Source: Myxococcota bacterium
GTDB lineage: Bacteria; Myxococcota; XYA12-FULL-58-9; JABJBS01
Direction: 5' to 3'
Length of the DNA stretch: 64,000 nt
NCBI GenBank assembly: GCA_036339465.1
Contig: JAYZAY010000062.1
Span: 64,001 to 128,000 of the forward strand
The notes below the pieces were generated by a model. The model saw only the letters and a program-made list of their open reading frames with translations, had not been told where the DNA came from and did not search any database. This document shows, in pieces, positions 48,913-58,731 of the stretch. Position 1 is the first letter of the stretch; each line of letters opens with the position of its first letter. The position numbers and the translations under genes are program-made.

Positions 48913-49770
48913 ATGAATCGAGTCATATTAACATCGTTAATGCTTCTTGTTGTACCACAGCTGGCCTATGGGCAGGTTGCGAGTTCGGAGGACGCTTCTC
49001 CCGCACTTGAGACTGCCACCCTCAGTGAGGAAAACTCGGAGTCGGCATCCCAGGCACGTACGAAGTTTGCTGAGGATGAGTCCATCTATGTGGTGCAGGA
49101 ACGCGCCTATTCCAAAAAGAAGAAGTTCGAGCTAACGCCCCTCTTTTTTACCGCTGTGAACCCTAAGTTTGTGGGGTACGTTGGTTTGTCGCTATCTGCG
49201 GCTTACCACCTACGGGAGAATTTTAGTCTCGAACTAATGACGAGCTTGCCATATGCGGTTTTCCCCTTTTACTCTCCAATTGTTTATGATGTTTTCTATT
49301 ATGAGGATCTGACGCCGGAGCGCGTGGATCTAAAACAAATGACTCACTTTACTGGCCTTAGCGCTCAGTTCTCCGCGCTTTACGGTAAGTTCGAGTTTTA
49401 TGGTGTTCTACTTGATTACGACCTCTATGCGACGGCAGGATTCGGAATCACCCTGACGAAAACACCGTGTACTGCAAAGATTGGAAGCTCCAACGCTTCT
49501 ACCGGCGCAGGAGAAGGTGAGTGTGAAGTCACCGACCAAGAACGGCGGCAGCTGGGCTTTGGTTTGAAGACACCCGATGAGTTAGCCGATTACCTGAAGT
49601 TCTCAGCCCAGCTTGGTGGTGGTTTGAGGATGTTCTTCACCGAGCGCCTGGGGCTTCGGTTTGAAGTCAGAAACATCGTTTACGCCGACCGAGCGAATTA
49701 TCAGGGTGCTGTTACCACAGATATTCGAAATATTATGCTGCTCTTTGTCGGTGCAACGGTTCTACTATAA
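48913..49770 (+). CDS. GltA/GltB (NfsA/NfsB)-type outer-membrane beta-barrel
   Basis: IYVVQERAYSKKKKFELTP, FSALYGKF...YDLYATAGFG, GGGLRMF...LRFEVRN. Confidence 0.82.
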   Translation: MNRVILTSLMLLVVPQLAYGQVASSEDASPALETATLSEENSESASQARTKFAEDESIYVVQERAYSKKKKFELTPLFFTAVNPKFVGYVGLSLSAAYHLRENFSLELMTSLPYAVFPFYSPIVYDVFYYEDLTPERVDLKQMTHFTGLSAQFSALYGKFEFYGVLLDYDLYATAGFGITLTKTPCTAKIGSSNASTGAGEGECEVTDQERRQLGFGLKTPDELADYLKFSAQLGGGLRMFFTERLGLRFEVRNIVYADRANYQGAVTTDIRNIMLLFVGATVLL

Positions 49771-49782
49771 GGGGTATTGAAA

Positions 49783-51273
49783 ATGAGACGAATATTCCAA
49801 TATGCATTCATCCTTGCCGGTTTAGTTGTTACGCCTTTGAGCGCTGGCGCCGCCGATCTCGAATCGGCTCTCGAATTATATCAATCTGAAAATTATGTTG
49901 AAGCTGCCCCCGCGTTTTTTGAGGTGATGCGAAGAGACCCAAACAGCGATCGACGTGATCAAGCCGAAATTTATTTGGCAGATAGCTTGGCTAAGCTGAA
50001 GTTTTATGGTGCCGCTTATGCTTACTACCAGGATATATACAAGGCGGGTCGCACCAACCGCTATTACCTAAATGCCGCAGAAGGCCTTTTAGATCTCCAA
50101 ACCGATCTCCATGACCGTATTTTTGTCCCTAATCTATTCAACGAGAAATTGGACACAAAAGGACTGGCGCAACTCGATCAGGACCGTATAGCTCAAGTGA
50201 ACTATATGCTCGGTGAACTGCATTATCGGCGAAACAAACTCCGGGATGCAGCGGCGTTTTTAGAGTATGTACCCACCGATAGCAATCTTTCGCCAAAGGC
50301 TAAATACTTGGAAGGTCTGATTCAAGTGCGCAAGAACAGGCCTAAAAAAGCAAGGGAGATTTTTGAGGGTGTCATTAGCAGCGTCCCCGCAGACAGTGAT
50401 TTTCGCGAAAAGCTCCGGGTCCGAAATGCCTCCCTTTTGGCCTTAGGGCGTCTCATGTATGGCGTCGCGAATTATGATGCCTCAAGTCATTATTATGGAG
50501 AGATTCCACGTGGGTCTCAATTCTGGTTTCAGTCCATGTATGAAAATGCCTGGTCTTATTACAAGCAAGAAAACTATGGCCGTGCCCTCGGGGAGCTTCA
50601 CAGTATTACTGCTCCTTATTTTGCGCGGCACCACATGCCAGAGGCATACGTGATTCAAGGAACAGCCTATTTTGTCGCTTGCCAGTGGGATAGGGTTCGC
50701 CGTTCGGTCGATATGTTCAAAACGACTTACTTTCCCATGCTTGAGGGTTTCAGTCGTTATATGAAAGAACGCAAAAAGCCCGATGCGTATTTTCTAGATG
50801 TGATCCACGGGGGCACAGACTTGCTGGCTGGCGAATTGGCCAGCGAAGTTCGGAGAAGTCAGACTTTTAGGGATTATTACTATCACTTCAAACACCTCGA
50901 GTGGGAACTCGCCGAGATAGCAACCAATGATATGTGGCGAGGTACCAAATTTGGCGATGACCTAACCGCTTGGGTTCAAAGCGAATTAGATGACCTGAAA
51001 CAGGTGGTTGGTGTTTGGACCAAACGGCAATTGAGATTTCGTTTGAAGAACCTGAAGGCTTTTAAGGGCCAAATTGATATCTTGGATTTTGAAGTTACCG
51101 ATGCCGAAGCCACTTGGCTTGAGCAGGGCCGTGAGATTCTAAAAGGCCGTCGTGCCCGGCTGCCTAGACCCGCCATTCCCAATGACCAGTGGCAGCACTG
51201 GCGCTTCAATAAGGAGTACTGGAAAGGCGAACTGGGATACTTTCAACATACAATTCGAAGCGAATGTGATTGA
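49783..51273 (+). CDS. gltC: GltC/NfsC-type periplasmic TPR protein
   Basis: Signal peptide, TPRs, RALGELH...PYF...PEAYV, C-terminal WRFNKEYWKGELGYF...C. Confidence 0.82.
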   Translation: MRRIFQYAFILAGLVVTPLSAGAADLESALELYQSENYVEAAPAFFEVMRRDPNSDRRDQAEIYLADSLAKLKFYGAAYAYYQDIYKAGRTNRYYLNAAEGLLDLQTDLHDRIFVPNLFNEKLDTKGLAQLDQDRIAQVNYMLGELHYRRNKLRDAAAFLEYVPTDSNLSPKAKYLEGLIQVRKNRPKKAREIFEGVISSVPADSDFREKLRVRNASLLALGRLMYGVANYDASSHYYGEIPRGSQFWFQSMYENAWSYYKQENYGRALGELHSITAPYFARHHMPEAYVIQGTAYFVACQWDRVRRSVDMFKTTYFPMLEGFSRYMKERKKPDAYFLDVIHGGTDLLAGELASEVRRSQTFRDYYYHFKHLEWELAEIATNDMWRGTKFGDDLTAWVQSELDDLKQVVGVWTKRQLRFRLKNLKAFKGQIDILDFEVTDAEATWLEQGREILKGRRARLPRPAIPNDQWQHWRFNKEYWKGELGYFQHTIRSECD

Positions 51274-51340
51274 TATCCGATTTGGTTGAATCGTCCGCCG
51301 ACGTTGCGATTGGTTCATGTCTACCCACAGGGGATAAAAA

Positions 51341-54300
51341 ATGCAGATTAAAAAGACTAATTTTGTTCTTTGCACGATGCTTGCCGCTACCTTTTCTTTT
51401 CCTACGGCTTCGTTGGGAAAGCCAACGGGGTTGAGGAAAACAGAAAGTTCTTTGGAAGAACAAAAAGCAGATGAGCGTAAAAGCCCTGCTAAATTCGACG
51501 TTAGTCTGCCAACTAAAGGGATGGATGTCCGAGCTGAACAAAAGCGGGATGAGGCCATAACCAAGCTAAAGAAATTGATGCCCAGTATCCCTGAAGGCCC
51601 CCAAAAGGCCGAGTTGAATTTTCGATTGGCGGAAAAATACTGGTCTAAATCTCGTTTTCAATATTTACAAGCAATGCAAGCTTGGGACAAGGCCCTCGAA
51701 GCTTGGGACAGCGCTGGTCGAAAATCTAAAGAGCCCAAGCTAAAGGGCATGGCCGAGTATAAACTCAGTCGTAAGTTCAAAGACGAAGCCCTGAAACTTT
51801 ATAATAAGATTCGTAAAAGATACCCTCGGTACCCCCGCAAAGACGAAGTGTACTACAATCTCGGAAGTGCACTCTATGAATCCGGAAATAAGACGAAGGG
51901 TATCAAGATGTTTATCCGTCTCCTCAAGGAGCGACCCAAGTCAACCTTCGCACCGGACGCATGGCTACAACTTGGCGAGCACTATTTCAACACCACCGGC
52001 AAATTAACAAAGGCGGTCAAAGCCTATAAAAACGCGGCGAAATCCCAAAAGCCTCGTATCTATTCCTATGCCCTCTATAAGTTAGCGTGGTGCGATTATA
52101 ACCTCGGTGAGTATGCTGATTCCCTCAAGAAATTCCGCGAGGTTGTCGAGTATTCCTTGGGCAACACAGCACCCGCGAAATCCGGAAAAATGCAATCGAG
52201 GGACCGTATTCAACTTATCGAAGAAGCTCTTTCGGACATGATTCGAACATATTCCCATCTAGATGCAGTCGAAGACGCTTTCGATTATTACACCGATAAA
52301 CTTGGTAAGGAGAAGGCTTACAGCTATTTGCGGAAACTTGGTAAACTCTACAATGCTGAGGGTAAGTCCCAAACCGAGATCGACTTGTATCGTGAACTAA
52401 ATTCGCGCTACCCCAACCATCCGAAAGCGCCTTTCAACCATACCGCGGTGATGAATGCCTTTGCTAAGCTGGATCGAAAGGATGATGTTAGACGAGAAGT
52501 TCGGCGCATGATCGACCTATACGCCCCAGAGGCTTCTTGGGCAGCGGCAAATAATGCACAGCCACAGCTCCTAGAAGAGGCTTTCGAAATGGTAGAACAG
52601 GAACTGTCCGGTCTCGTTTCGGAGCAGCACAAGGAGGCACAACAAACAAAGTTGGTCGAGACGTATAAGTTGGCTCGAGATCTCTATAAGGAATATCTTG
52701 ATAAGTTCACGACAGGGGTTAATGCCTATAAATTCCGATACCTCTACGCGGAAATTCTTGCGGACCTCAAACAGGTTCGGGAAGCCGCCGACCAGTACGA
52801 CCTCGTGGCTGATGTCGAAGGTAAATTTAAGAAACAAGCGGCAATTAAATCGATATTTAATTGGGAAAAAGTAATTGCTGGGGTCAAGGAAACGAAATCC
52901 AAGAAAATCGATTCCAACAAGAAAGCGCAAGAGCGGACGCGGATCAAAGGGCTGGAAAAGCGCAAAAAGCTTAAGAAGGGTATATCCTACGAACCTATTG
53001 AGTTAACCAAAGATGAAATTATGCTTTCCAGCGCCTGTGACCGTTTCGTGAAGATTGCACCGGAAGATACCGACGTTGTTAAAATCAAGTTTGAGAGTGC
53101 CCAGCTTTATTACCTCAAGAACCACTTCGATGAAGCATCGAAACGATTTGGCGAGATTATCGACCGCTGGCCCAAGGATAAGCTGGCGAAAACTTCGGCT
53201 AAATCGATAGTGGAGTCCTACAATGTCAGAGAAGATTGGACCCAACTCAATCTTTGGTCACGAAAATTTCAAGGGAATCCCCTACTTATGGCCGATAAAA
53301 GGTTCGCGAAGGCAATTAACGAATATGTGGAGGGAGCTTCTTTCCAGGAAATTCGTCTGGTGCTTGAGCCCAAGGCCGAAAGTGAGCAGGCCGGTGATCT
53401 CTATGTCCAATTTAGCAATGAGTTTCCGGAATCTCGCTTCACAATGATTGCCATCTTCAATGCCATGATGAATTACGACAAATCCAATAAATTGGAAAAG
53501 GCCTTGGCGCAAGGAACCAGAATCTTGGATGACTTTAAGAATTTCAAGATCAAGAAGGCGGATGTTGAAAAAAGTAAAAAGGACGGCTCCAGAATCACGC
53601 TTCCTGCGGAAATTCGGGAGAAAGCAATGTTTCTTCAGGCTGAATACTATGGTCGCTTAGCGGAGTTTTCCAAGTCGGCGAAACTCTATGAGACCTACTT
53701 TTTTGAATTCAAGAAGGGTGACAAACGCTCCGACGCCATCTACAACGCTTCAGTTTACCGAGAAGGCTTGGGTGAGTATGTTAAATCGACGGCCAATTGG
53801 AAGCTGTATATGAAGCTCAATCCCAAGGCCGATGACATTCCCAAGCTGACCTGGCGACTGGGCGAAATTCTCGTCAAGAAGCGCGACTTTAAAGCGGCTC
53901 AGGACTATTTTTACAAGCTGTCAAAAAGCCTCGCGAAAGCAAAAAATTATGAACGTTCTCTCTGTGCGACCTACAAGGTGATGGAAAATCTTATCAAACA
54001 GGGGAAAAAGAAAGACGCTGAGGGTTACTTTAAAACCATTGCCGAGACTTACGAGAAACTCGACGCAGACGAAAAGAAAGCTCCATGTGCTCTGGATGCG
54101 GTCGCTTATGTCTCTTTTGAGCAGCTCGAACCGAGGTTTACGACATACAAGGCGATCAGTTTAAATACGACCAACCAGCGAACCCTGGGGAAAAACCTCG
54201 AAACCAAACTTGCCCAAGTACCCGAGTTGGAAGCGGAGTACACGAAGGTCCTGGCGATCGGGCAAGGGGATTTCGGGATCGCCTCGCTGTATCGGATCGG

Positions 54301-54613
54301 TGTGGTTTACCAAAATATGTCCGACGAGCTTTTGGGCTCGCCCTGCCCACCCAATCTAACCGATGATCAGTGCGGGATGTATCAAGCTGCTCTACAGGAA
54401 AAGGCCTTTCCATTAGAAAATAAAGCCATCGAGGCCTACGACAAAACACTGGCGAAAGCCTATGAACTTGGTCTCTATAATGATTGGCTCGTGAAAGCTC
54501 AAGATGCCTTAGCTGTCTACGAACCGGGTCGTTTTCCTGATATGCATGAGTATCCCCTTATTCCGAGCGAGCTTACTCAAGAGGCACCGAAGGTTGCGGA
54601 GGCATTGAAATAA
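51341..54613 (+). CDS. gltD: GltD (AgmU)/NfsD-type TPR protein
   Basis: 1090 aa secreted TPR protein; RYPRYPRKDEVYYNLG, ALYKLAWCDYNLG, PCPPNL...Y...L...AFPLE..AIEAY. Confidence 0.85.
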   Translation: MQIKKTNFVLCTMLAATFSFPTASLGKPTGLRKTESSLEEQKADERKSPAKFDVSLPTKGMDVRAEQKRDEAITKLKKLMPSIPEGPQKAELNFRLAEKYWSKSRFQYLQAMQAWDKALEAWDSAGRKSKEPKLKGMAEYKLSRKFKDEALKLYNKIRKRYPRYPRKDEVYYNLGSALYESGNKTKGIKMFIRLLKERPKSTFAPDAWLQLGEHYFNTTGKLTKAVKAYKNAAKSQKPRIYSYALYKLAWCDYNLGEYADSLKKFREVVEYSLGNTAPAKSGKMQSRDRIQLIEEALSDMIRTYSHLDAVEDAFDYYTDKLGKEKAYSYLRKLGKLYNAEGKSQTEIDLYRELNSRYPNHPKAPFNHTAVMNAFAKLDRKDDVRREVRRMIDLYAPEASWAAANNAQPQLLEEAFEMVEQELSGLVSEQHKEAQQTKLVETYKLARDLYKEYLDKFTTGVNAYKFRYLYAEILADLKQVREAADQYDLVADVEGKFKKQAAIKSIFNWEKVIAGVKETKSKKIDSNKKAQERTRIKGLEKRKKLKKGISYEPIELTKDEIMLSSACDRFVKIAPEDTDVVKIKFESAQLYYLKNHFDEASKRFGEIIDRWPKDKLAKTSAKSIVESYNVREDWTQLNLWSRKFQGNPLLMADKRFAKAINEYVEGASFQEIRLVLEPKAESEQAGDLYVQFSNEFPESRFTMIAIFNAMMNYDKSNKLEKALAQGTRILDDFKNFKIKKADVEKSKKDGSRITLPAEIREKAMFLQAEYYGRLAEFSKSAKLYETYFFEFKKGDKRSDAIYNASVYREGLGEYVKSTANWKLYMKLNPKADDIPKLTWRLGEILVKKRDFKAAQDYFYKLSKSLAKAKNYERSLCATYKVMENLIKQGKKKDAEGYFKTIAETYEKLDADEKKAPCALDAVAYVSFEQLEPRFTTYKAISLNTTNQRTLGKNLETKLAQVPELEAEYTKVLAIGQGDFGIASLYRIGVVYQNMSDELLGSPCPPNLTDDQCGMYQAALQEKAFPLENKAIEAYDKTLAKAYELGLYNDWLVKAQDALAVYEPGRFPDMHEYPLIPSELTQEAPKVAEALK

Positions 54614-55869
54614 TGAATTTAAAGAAACTTAAATTACTAGCGGTCACAAGCTGCCTGTTCATTGGCATGGGCTGTGCGTCTAGTGGTAGCGATAAAATTC
54701 GACTGGCGGATCTTTCAGAGAATGCCACGCCTGCAGAAATTGCATTCCACTACGGAATGCGGGCTTATATCGAAGATGATTATGAGGAGGCCGGAAAGTA
54801 TTTTCGGGAGGCCACGGCTCTGGATTCGTCGGCAAGTGGCGCTGAAGTGAATCTTGCCATCACACTCGAGCGGACAGGGAAATGGGATGAGGCGGCCTCT
54901 GTTTATCGTAAGGTATTTAACCGCGATTCAAGGAGTGTTGCTGCCGCCCTAAACGTCGCCCGAACCCTTGTCCAAGTTAAGAGATATGGGGCAGCAAGCG
55001 AAGTACTGAAGAAATGTTTGGAGCACCAGCCTGAGGAAGCTGCCCTACTGAACGCTCTTACGGAATCTCTACGGCACCAAAAGAAGTATCCTGAAGCAAT
55101 CGAGGCTGCACGTAGAGTTCTTTTAAGAGATCAGGACAATGTGAGAGCCATCAAGAATATTGGACTCATCTATATGGACGAAGGTAAACTGACATTGTCG
55201 GCAACGTTTTTTCACAATGCACAAAAGCTCTTGAAGAAAAAAGACCCGAGTATCGTCGTGAGTCTTGGTCTTATGGCTGCGAGGCGGGGCGACCTTCAAA
55301 GGGCGCTATTTCATTTTGAGCAAGCCCTTAATCTTGATCCCACAAATGGTGCGGCTCACTCCAATATCGGTGCTATTTCGCTTAAACACCGAGACTATAA
55401 GCGCGCGGAGCAGGCATATTTGAAATCTGTGGAAGCTGGGTTAGGCGGGAGCTGCGACATCATGGCAGCACTAGGCTACTCCCTAGAAGGGCAACAACGC
55501 GGTGAAGAGGCCATCAAACAACTGCAAACGGCCTATGAGCGCTGTCCCAACGAGACCAAACTACTTTGGAGCATGGGCAATATTTGCATGGCACAGCTAC
55601 GCGATAATGAATGTGCTCTCGAGAAATTCGAGGCTTTCGTTAAGAATACACCCAATTTACCGGGGGACCATCCCGTACACGTAACGATCTCGGGTGTGCG
55701 TGAAAGCATGGCTGCTGATGACCCTAATCAGGAAAGTGCTCCACCACCTTCAGAGGAACCAAGTTCGCCTGATGATACCTCATCCGAAGATGCTTCGGCC
55801 AACAGAGGCTATGACCCAGAGAAAGCCTCTCGGAATCAGGTTCCTCAAGCCAAACTCAGTGCTGGCTAG
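54613..55869 (+). CDS. gltE: GltE (AglT)/NfsE-type TPR lipoprotein
   Basis: Lipobox GMGC, multiple TPRs, acidic Pro/Ser-rich tail; TAATG overlap with gltD. Confidence 0.8.
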   Translation: MNLKKLKLLAVTSCLFIGMGCASSGSDKIRLADLSENATPAEIAFHYGMRAYIEDDYEEAGKYFREATALDSSASGAEVNLAITLERTGKWDEAASVYRKVFNRDSRSVAAALNVARTLVQVKRYGAASEVLKKCLEHQPEEAALLNALTESLRHQKKYPEAIEAARRVLLRDQDNVRAIKNIGLIYMDEGKLTLSATFFHNAQKLLKKKDPSIVVSLGLMAARRGDLQRALFHFEQALNLDPTNGAAHSNIGAISLKHRDYKRAEQAYLKSVEAGLGGSCDIMAALGYSLEGQQRGEEAIKQLQTAYERCPNETKLLWSMGNICMAQLRDNECALEKFEAFVKNTPNLPGDHPVHVTISGVRESMAADDPNQESAPPPSEEPSSPDDTSSEDASANRGYDPEKASRNQVPQAKLSAG

Positions 55870-55959
55870 GTGGTAGCGTTGGTTAAAAAGAACCCGGAGG
55901 TCTTAGAAAAAATGAGAAGTGAGTGTCGTCATGAATGTAGGTTTATGGGTGGATCACGG

Positions 55960-55990
55960 TTGACAGATGGGCCCGTGCCCATTTTACTTT
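55960..55990 (+). promoter_or_regulatory. Possible internal promoter before gltF
   Basis: TTGACA 55960-55965, 19-nt spacer containing inverted repeat ATGGGC-ccgt-GCCCAT, then TACTTT 55985-55990. Confidence 0.3.
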
Positions 55991-56024
55991 GCTCGCTAGG
56001 AACATAGAGTCGGAGGACTAGACA

Positions 56025-56294
56025 ATGAGCAGAAAATTAGTTTGTTCGGTGCTTTCAACGTTAATGGCAGTCGCACTTTTCTTGGGAACCGCGTCGTTTG
56101 CCAGCGCTCAAGATCGCGAGGTGTTTAAGAAAAGAACCGTCATCGATCTGTCCGCAGCCGTCATTGAAGGGGACCTTACCCGTCCTGAGGGCTCCTACAT
56201 TGTAAACCGAAAACTTAGTAGATTTTCCCAGCTTATCCAGGAGCGCAAGGATTTCTTGGATGAACTGATGATGTTGTCCCATAACGACCTGTAG
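56025..56294 (+). CDS. gltF: GltF (CglF)/NfsF-type small secreted protein
   Basis: GGAGG RBS; signal peptide; KKRTVID...IEGDLTRPEGSY...F..LI..R.DF..EL. Confidence 0.88.
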   Translation: MSRKLVCSVLSTLMAVALFLGTASFASAQDREVFKKRTVIDLSAAVIEGDLTRPEGSYIVNRKLSRFSQLIQERKDFLDELMMLSHNDL

Positions 56295-56391
56295 TCAATG
56301 TTGGGTTTGGGGACGAATTACAATTGAGCGAAACAGTCTCTATGACCACTGGCCTTTGCCCGAGACAGTGTCATGACATGAGGAAGTCGGA

Positions 56392-57918
56392 ATGACCGAA
56401 GAGCTAGAAAACAACGGTGAAAACGAAAGACGAGCCAACGTGGCAGAAGACCTATCAGGCGATGCGAATGTCCACCTGGACCTCCCTGAGCTCGAACGTG
56501 ACTCAGCGGGTATCCCAACCTTCATATTTAAGGATTCCTTAGCAGAGGGGGATAAGCCAACAGAGGACCGCAAGTCCCTAGAGGTTGTTCTTTTATGGCG
56601 CGAAGCGGTGATGACTGTTGGCCACTACAGTAAGCCCCGCGAAATCACCCTTGGAGATGGGCCGAAGAACGATTTTCGGGTTTCCACTGGGATGGAGCTC
56701 GAAAGCTTTCCTGTGGCCGTTGCGGACGGTCACCATTTTCTGATCAATTGGTCCGAAAACATGTCACTTGAGGTCAGGGGTGACGGTGGTGAAGTTCTTG
56801 GTTTGGACGACTTGGAACGTCAGGGACGTGTTCAGCAAATCTCGGACCCGTGTGTGGGGCGCCAATATAAAATCGGTTTGCATGAACGGGTCGCGGTTCA
56901 GATCGGCGAAGTCACGCTGGTCGTTCAATACGTCTCACCCGCCCGACTGGTAACAAGCGGGTTGATGAAGACCATTGACCTCTATTTTACGAAGGTACTT
57001 TCGCTTTCGTTTGTGGGCCACCTCTTCTTTATCTTAGCCCTACTCCTCACCCCTCTTGATCCCGAAGGTCTGGACGAAGATCTGTTCAAGAACCCCAACC
57101 GATTTGCTCAACTGATTTTGAAGGAGCCTGAAAAAGCTCCCGAACCAAAGAAGAAATTCGAGCTTTCTGGCTCGAAGAACAACGCTCGTCACAAAGAGAA
57201 GGATGGCAAGTTTGGTAAGCCGGATAAGGTCAAGAAAGATGCGTTGGCCAGTACGAAAGGTGCACCCAAGGTCGATCCGAACAAACGAGAAAAGGATCGA
57301 AAAATTGCCCAGGAATCTGGGATCTTTAAGGCCCTCAAAGGTGGCAAAGGGGCTGTGTCAAATGTGTTCGGTCCTGGTGGGTTAGGCACTGGTATCAACA
57401 ATGCTCTTGGTGGCTTGAGGGGCTCAGCCATGGGCGATGCGGGCGGGGCAGGTGGTCTAGGAACCCGTGGTACAGGAGGCGGTGGAGGTGGAACCAGTAT
57501 GGGAATCGGAGGATTTGGTACTGGAACCGGCCGTGGAACCGGCGGTCTCGGAAACATCGATTTGGGCGGCAGGGGGGCGTCTCGTTACAAAGTTAGCGTA
57601 GGACGTACTGTTACGAAGGGATGTTTAAAGCCCGAGGTTGTGCGCAGAGTTCTCGGAAGAATTCAAAGCCAGGCTAAGTACTGTTACGAAAAAGAATTGC
57701 CTCGAAACCCCAATATGGCGGGCAAGGTGACGACAACATTTACCATCGGTTCGACTGGTAGTGTGATTAGGACGGGGATAAGCGCATCCACAATTGGAAA
57801 TGCCAATGTGGAAAGTTGTTTACAGCGCATTATAAAGCGGCTTAAGTTTCCACCTTGTCGTGGTGGTGGTACAGCCGATGTTTCATATCCCTGGATCTTC
57901 AAGTCGAGCGGGAGTTAA
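56392..57918 (+). CDS. gltG: GltG (PglI)/NfsG-type TonB-like protein lacking an FHA domain
   Basis: LEVVLLW, TM SFVGHLFFIL, NRFAQLIL, Gly-rich GGLGTG..GDAGG.GGLGTRG linker, KYCYEKEL..NPNMAGKV...VSYPWIFK. Confidence 0.9.
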   Translation: MTEELENNGENERRANVAEDLSGDANVHLDLPELERDSAGIPTFIFKDSLAEGDKPTEDRKSLEVVLLWREAVMTVGHYSKPREITLGDGPKNDFRVSTGMELESFPVAVADGHHFLINWSENMSLEVRGDGGEVLGLDDLERQGRVQQISDPCVGRQYKIGLHERVAVQIGEVTLVVQYVSPARLVTSGLMKTIDLYFTKVLSLSFVGHLFFILALLLTPLDPEGLDEDLFKNPNRFAQLILKEPEKAPEPKKKFELSGSKNNARHKEKDGKFGKPDKVKKDALASTKGAPKVDPNKREKDRKIAQESGIFKALKGGKGAVSNVFGPGGLGTGINNALGGLRGSAMGDAGGAGGLGTRGTGGGGGGTSMGIGGFGTGTGRGTGGLGNIDLGGRGASRYKVSVGRTVTKGCLKPEVVRRVLGRIQSQAKYCYEKELPRNPNMAGKVTTTFTIGSTGSVIRTGISASTIGNANVESCLQRIIKRLKFPPCRGGGTADVSYPWIFKSSGS

Positions 57919-57925
57919 AAGACCA

Positions 57926-58645
57926 ATGTCAATACGAATATTAATAATTACATCCATTCTAGTAGCAGGACAAGTAGGATTTCTTTCGACCGCTTGGGGA
58001 CAGGCAGACGATGAGATCGATTTATTACTGGGCGGCGATCATACCGATCAGGAGGCGCCTTCTCCCAGCTTGGATGATCTTAAAGCCCAAGCAGCTAGCG
58101 AAGAGGGTTTACCGGAAATAGGTGAGGACCAGCTGGCGCATTTTGTTCTGGACCGAGGTTTTTATATTACCGGGGATCTGGGTATGTTCCTGTCCTTTGC
58201 AGGTCAGCGCGCGCATTCCAATGTGCAACCCCATGTGGCCATTCGAGCGGGTTACGATTTTAGCAACATGTTCAGTGTGGAAGGTGTTTTGGGCACGAGT
58301 TATGTTTCCCAGAATCCTGTTCCCAACTCAGCTACCCGCGATTTTGGCTTAATCACGTTTGGGGCCCAAGGTGTTGTTGCTTTTCGCCCTACGGACCGAT
58401 TTGCCATCGAACCTAAGTTAGGGGCTGGCATGGCCTTGCTATCGCCCGGCCCTACCGCAGAGACGTATGATTTGGTACCCAGTTCATCAAGTTTTGCCGG
58501 CTATGGACTCGTCGGGGTTGATCTGAAGTATTTGACGCTTTTGACTGACTTTACTGCCGGACTTGCCTTGGACGGCTATTTTATCCTGGGCCCGAATATC
58601 CCAGCTGTTTCGGCCAGTTTGGCGGTACGATACACTTTCAGCTAG
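57926..58645 (+). CDS. gltH: GltH (CglE)/NfsH-type outer-membrane beta-barrel
   Basis: Signal peptide; DRGFYITGDLG...SNVQPH, Y.TLLTDFTAG, terminal VRYTF; directly follows gltG. Confidence 0.8.
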   Translation: MSIRILIITSILVAGQVGFLSTAWGQADDEIDLLLGGDHTDQEAPSPSLDDLKAQAASEEGLPEIGEDQLAHFVLDRGFYITGDLGMFLSFAGQRAHSNVQPHVAIRAGYDFSNMFSVEGVLGTSYVSQNPVPNSATRDFGLITFGAQGVVAFRPTDRFAIEPKLGAGMALLSPGPTAETYDLVPSSSSFAGYGLVGVDLKYLTLLTDFTAGLALDGYFILGPNIPAVSASLAVRYTFS

Positions 58646-58731
58646 GTTTTGTTCTGAGTCCCCCTTGGACCTTTTTACGACAATTCTAAAATCGGCCTTT
58701 CCTTCAAGGAAGTAACTGGCGCACGGTCTCG

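Noticed and set aside
57380..57580. GGN-rich low-complexity DNA
   Set aside because: Explained by the normal Gly-rich linker of GltG.
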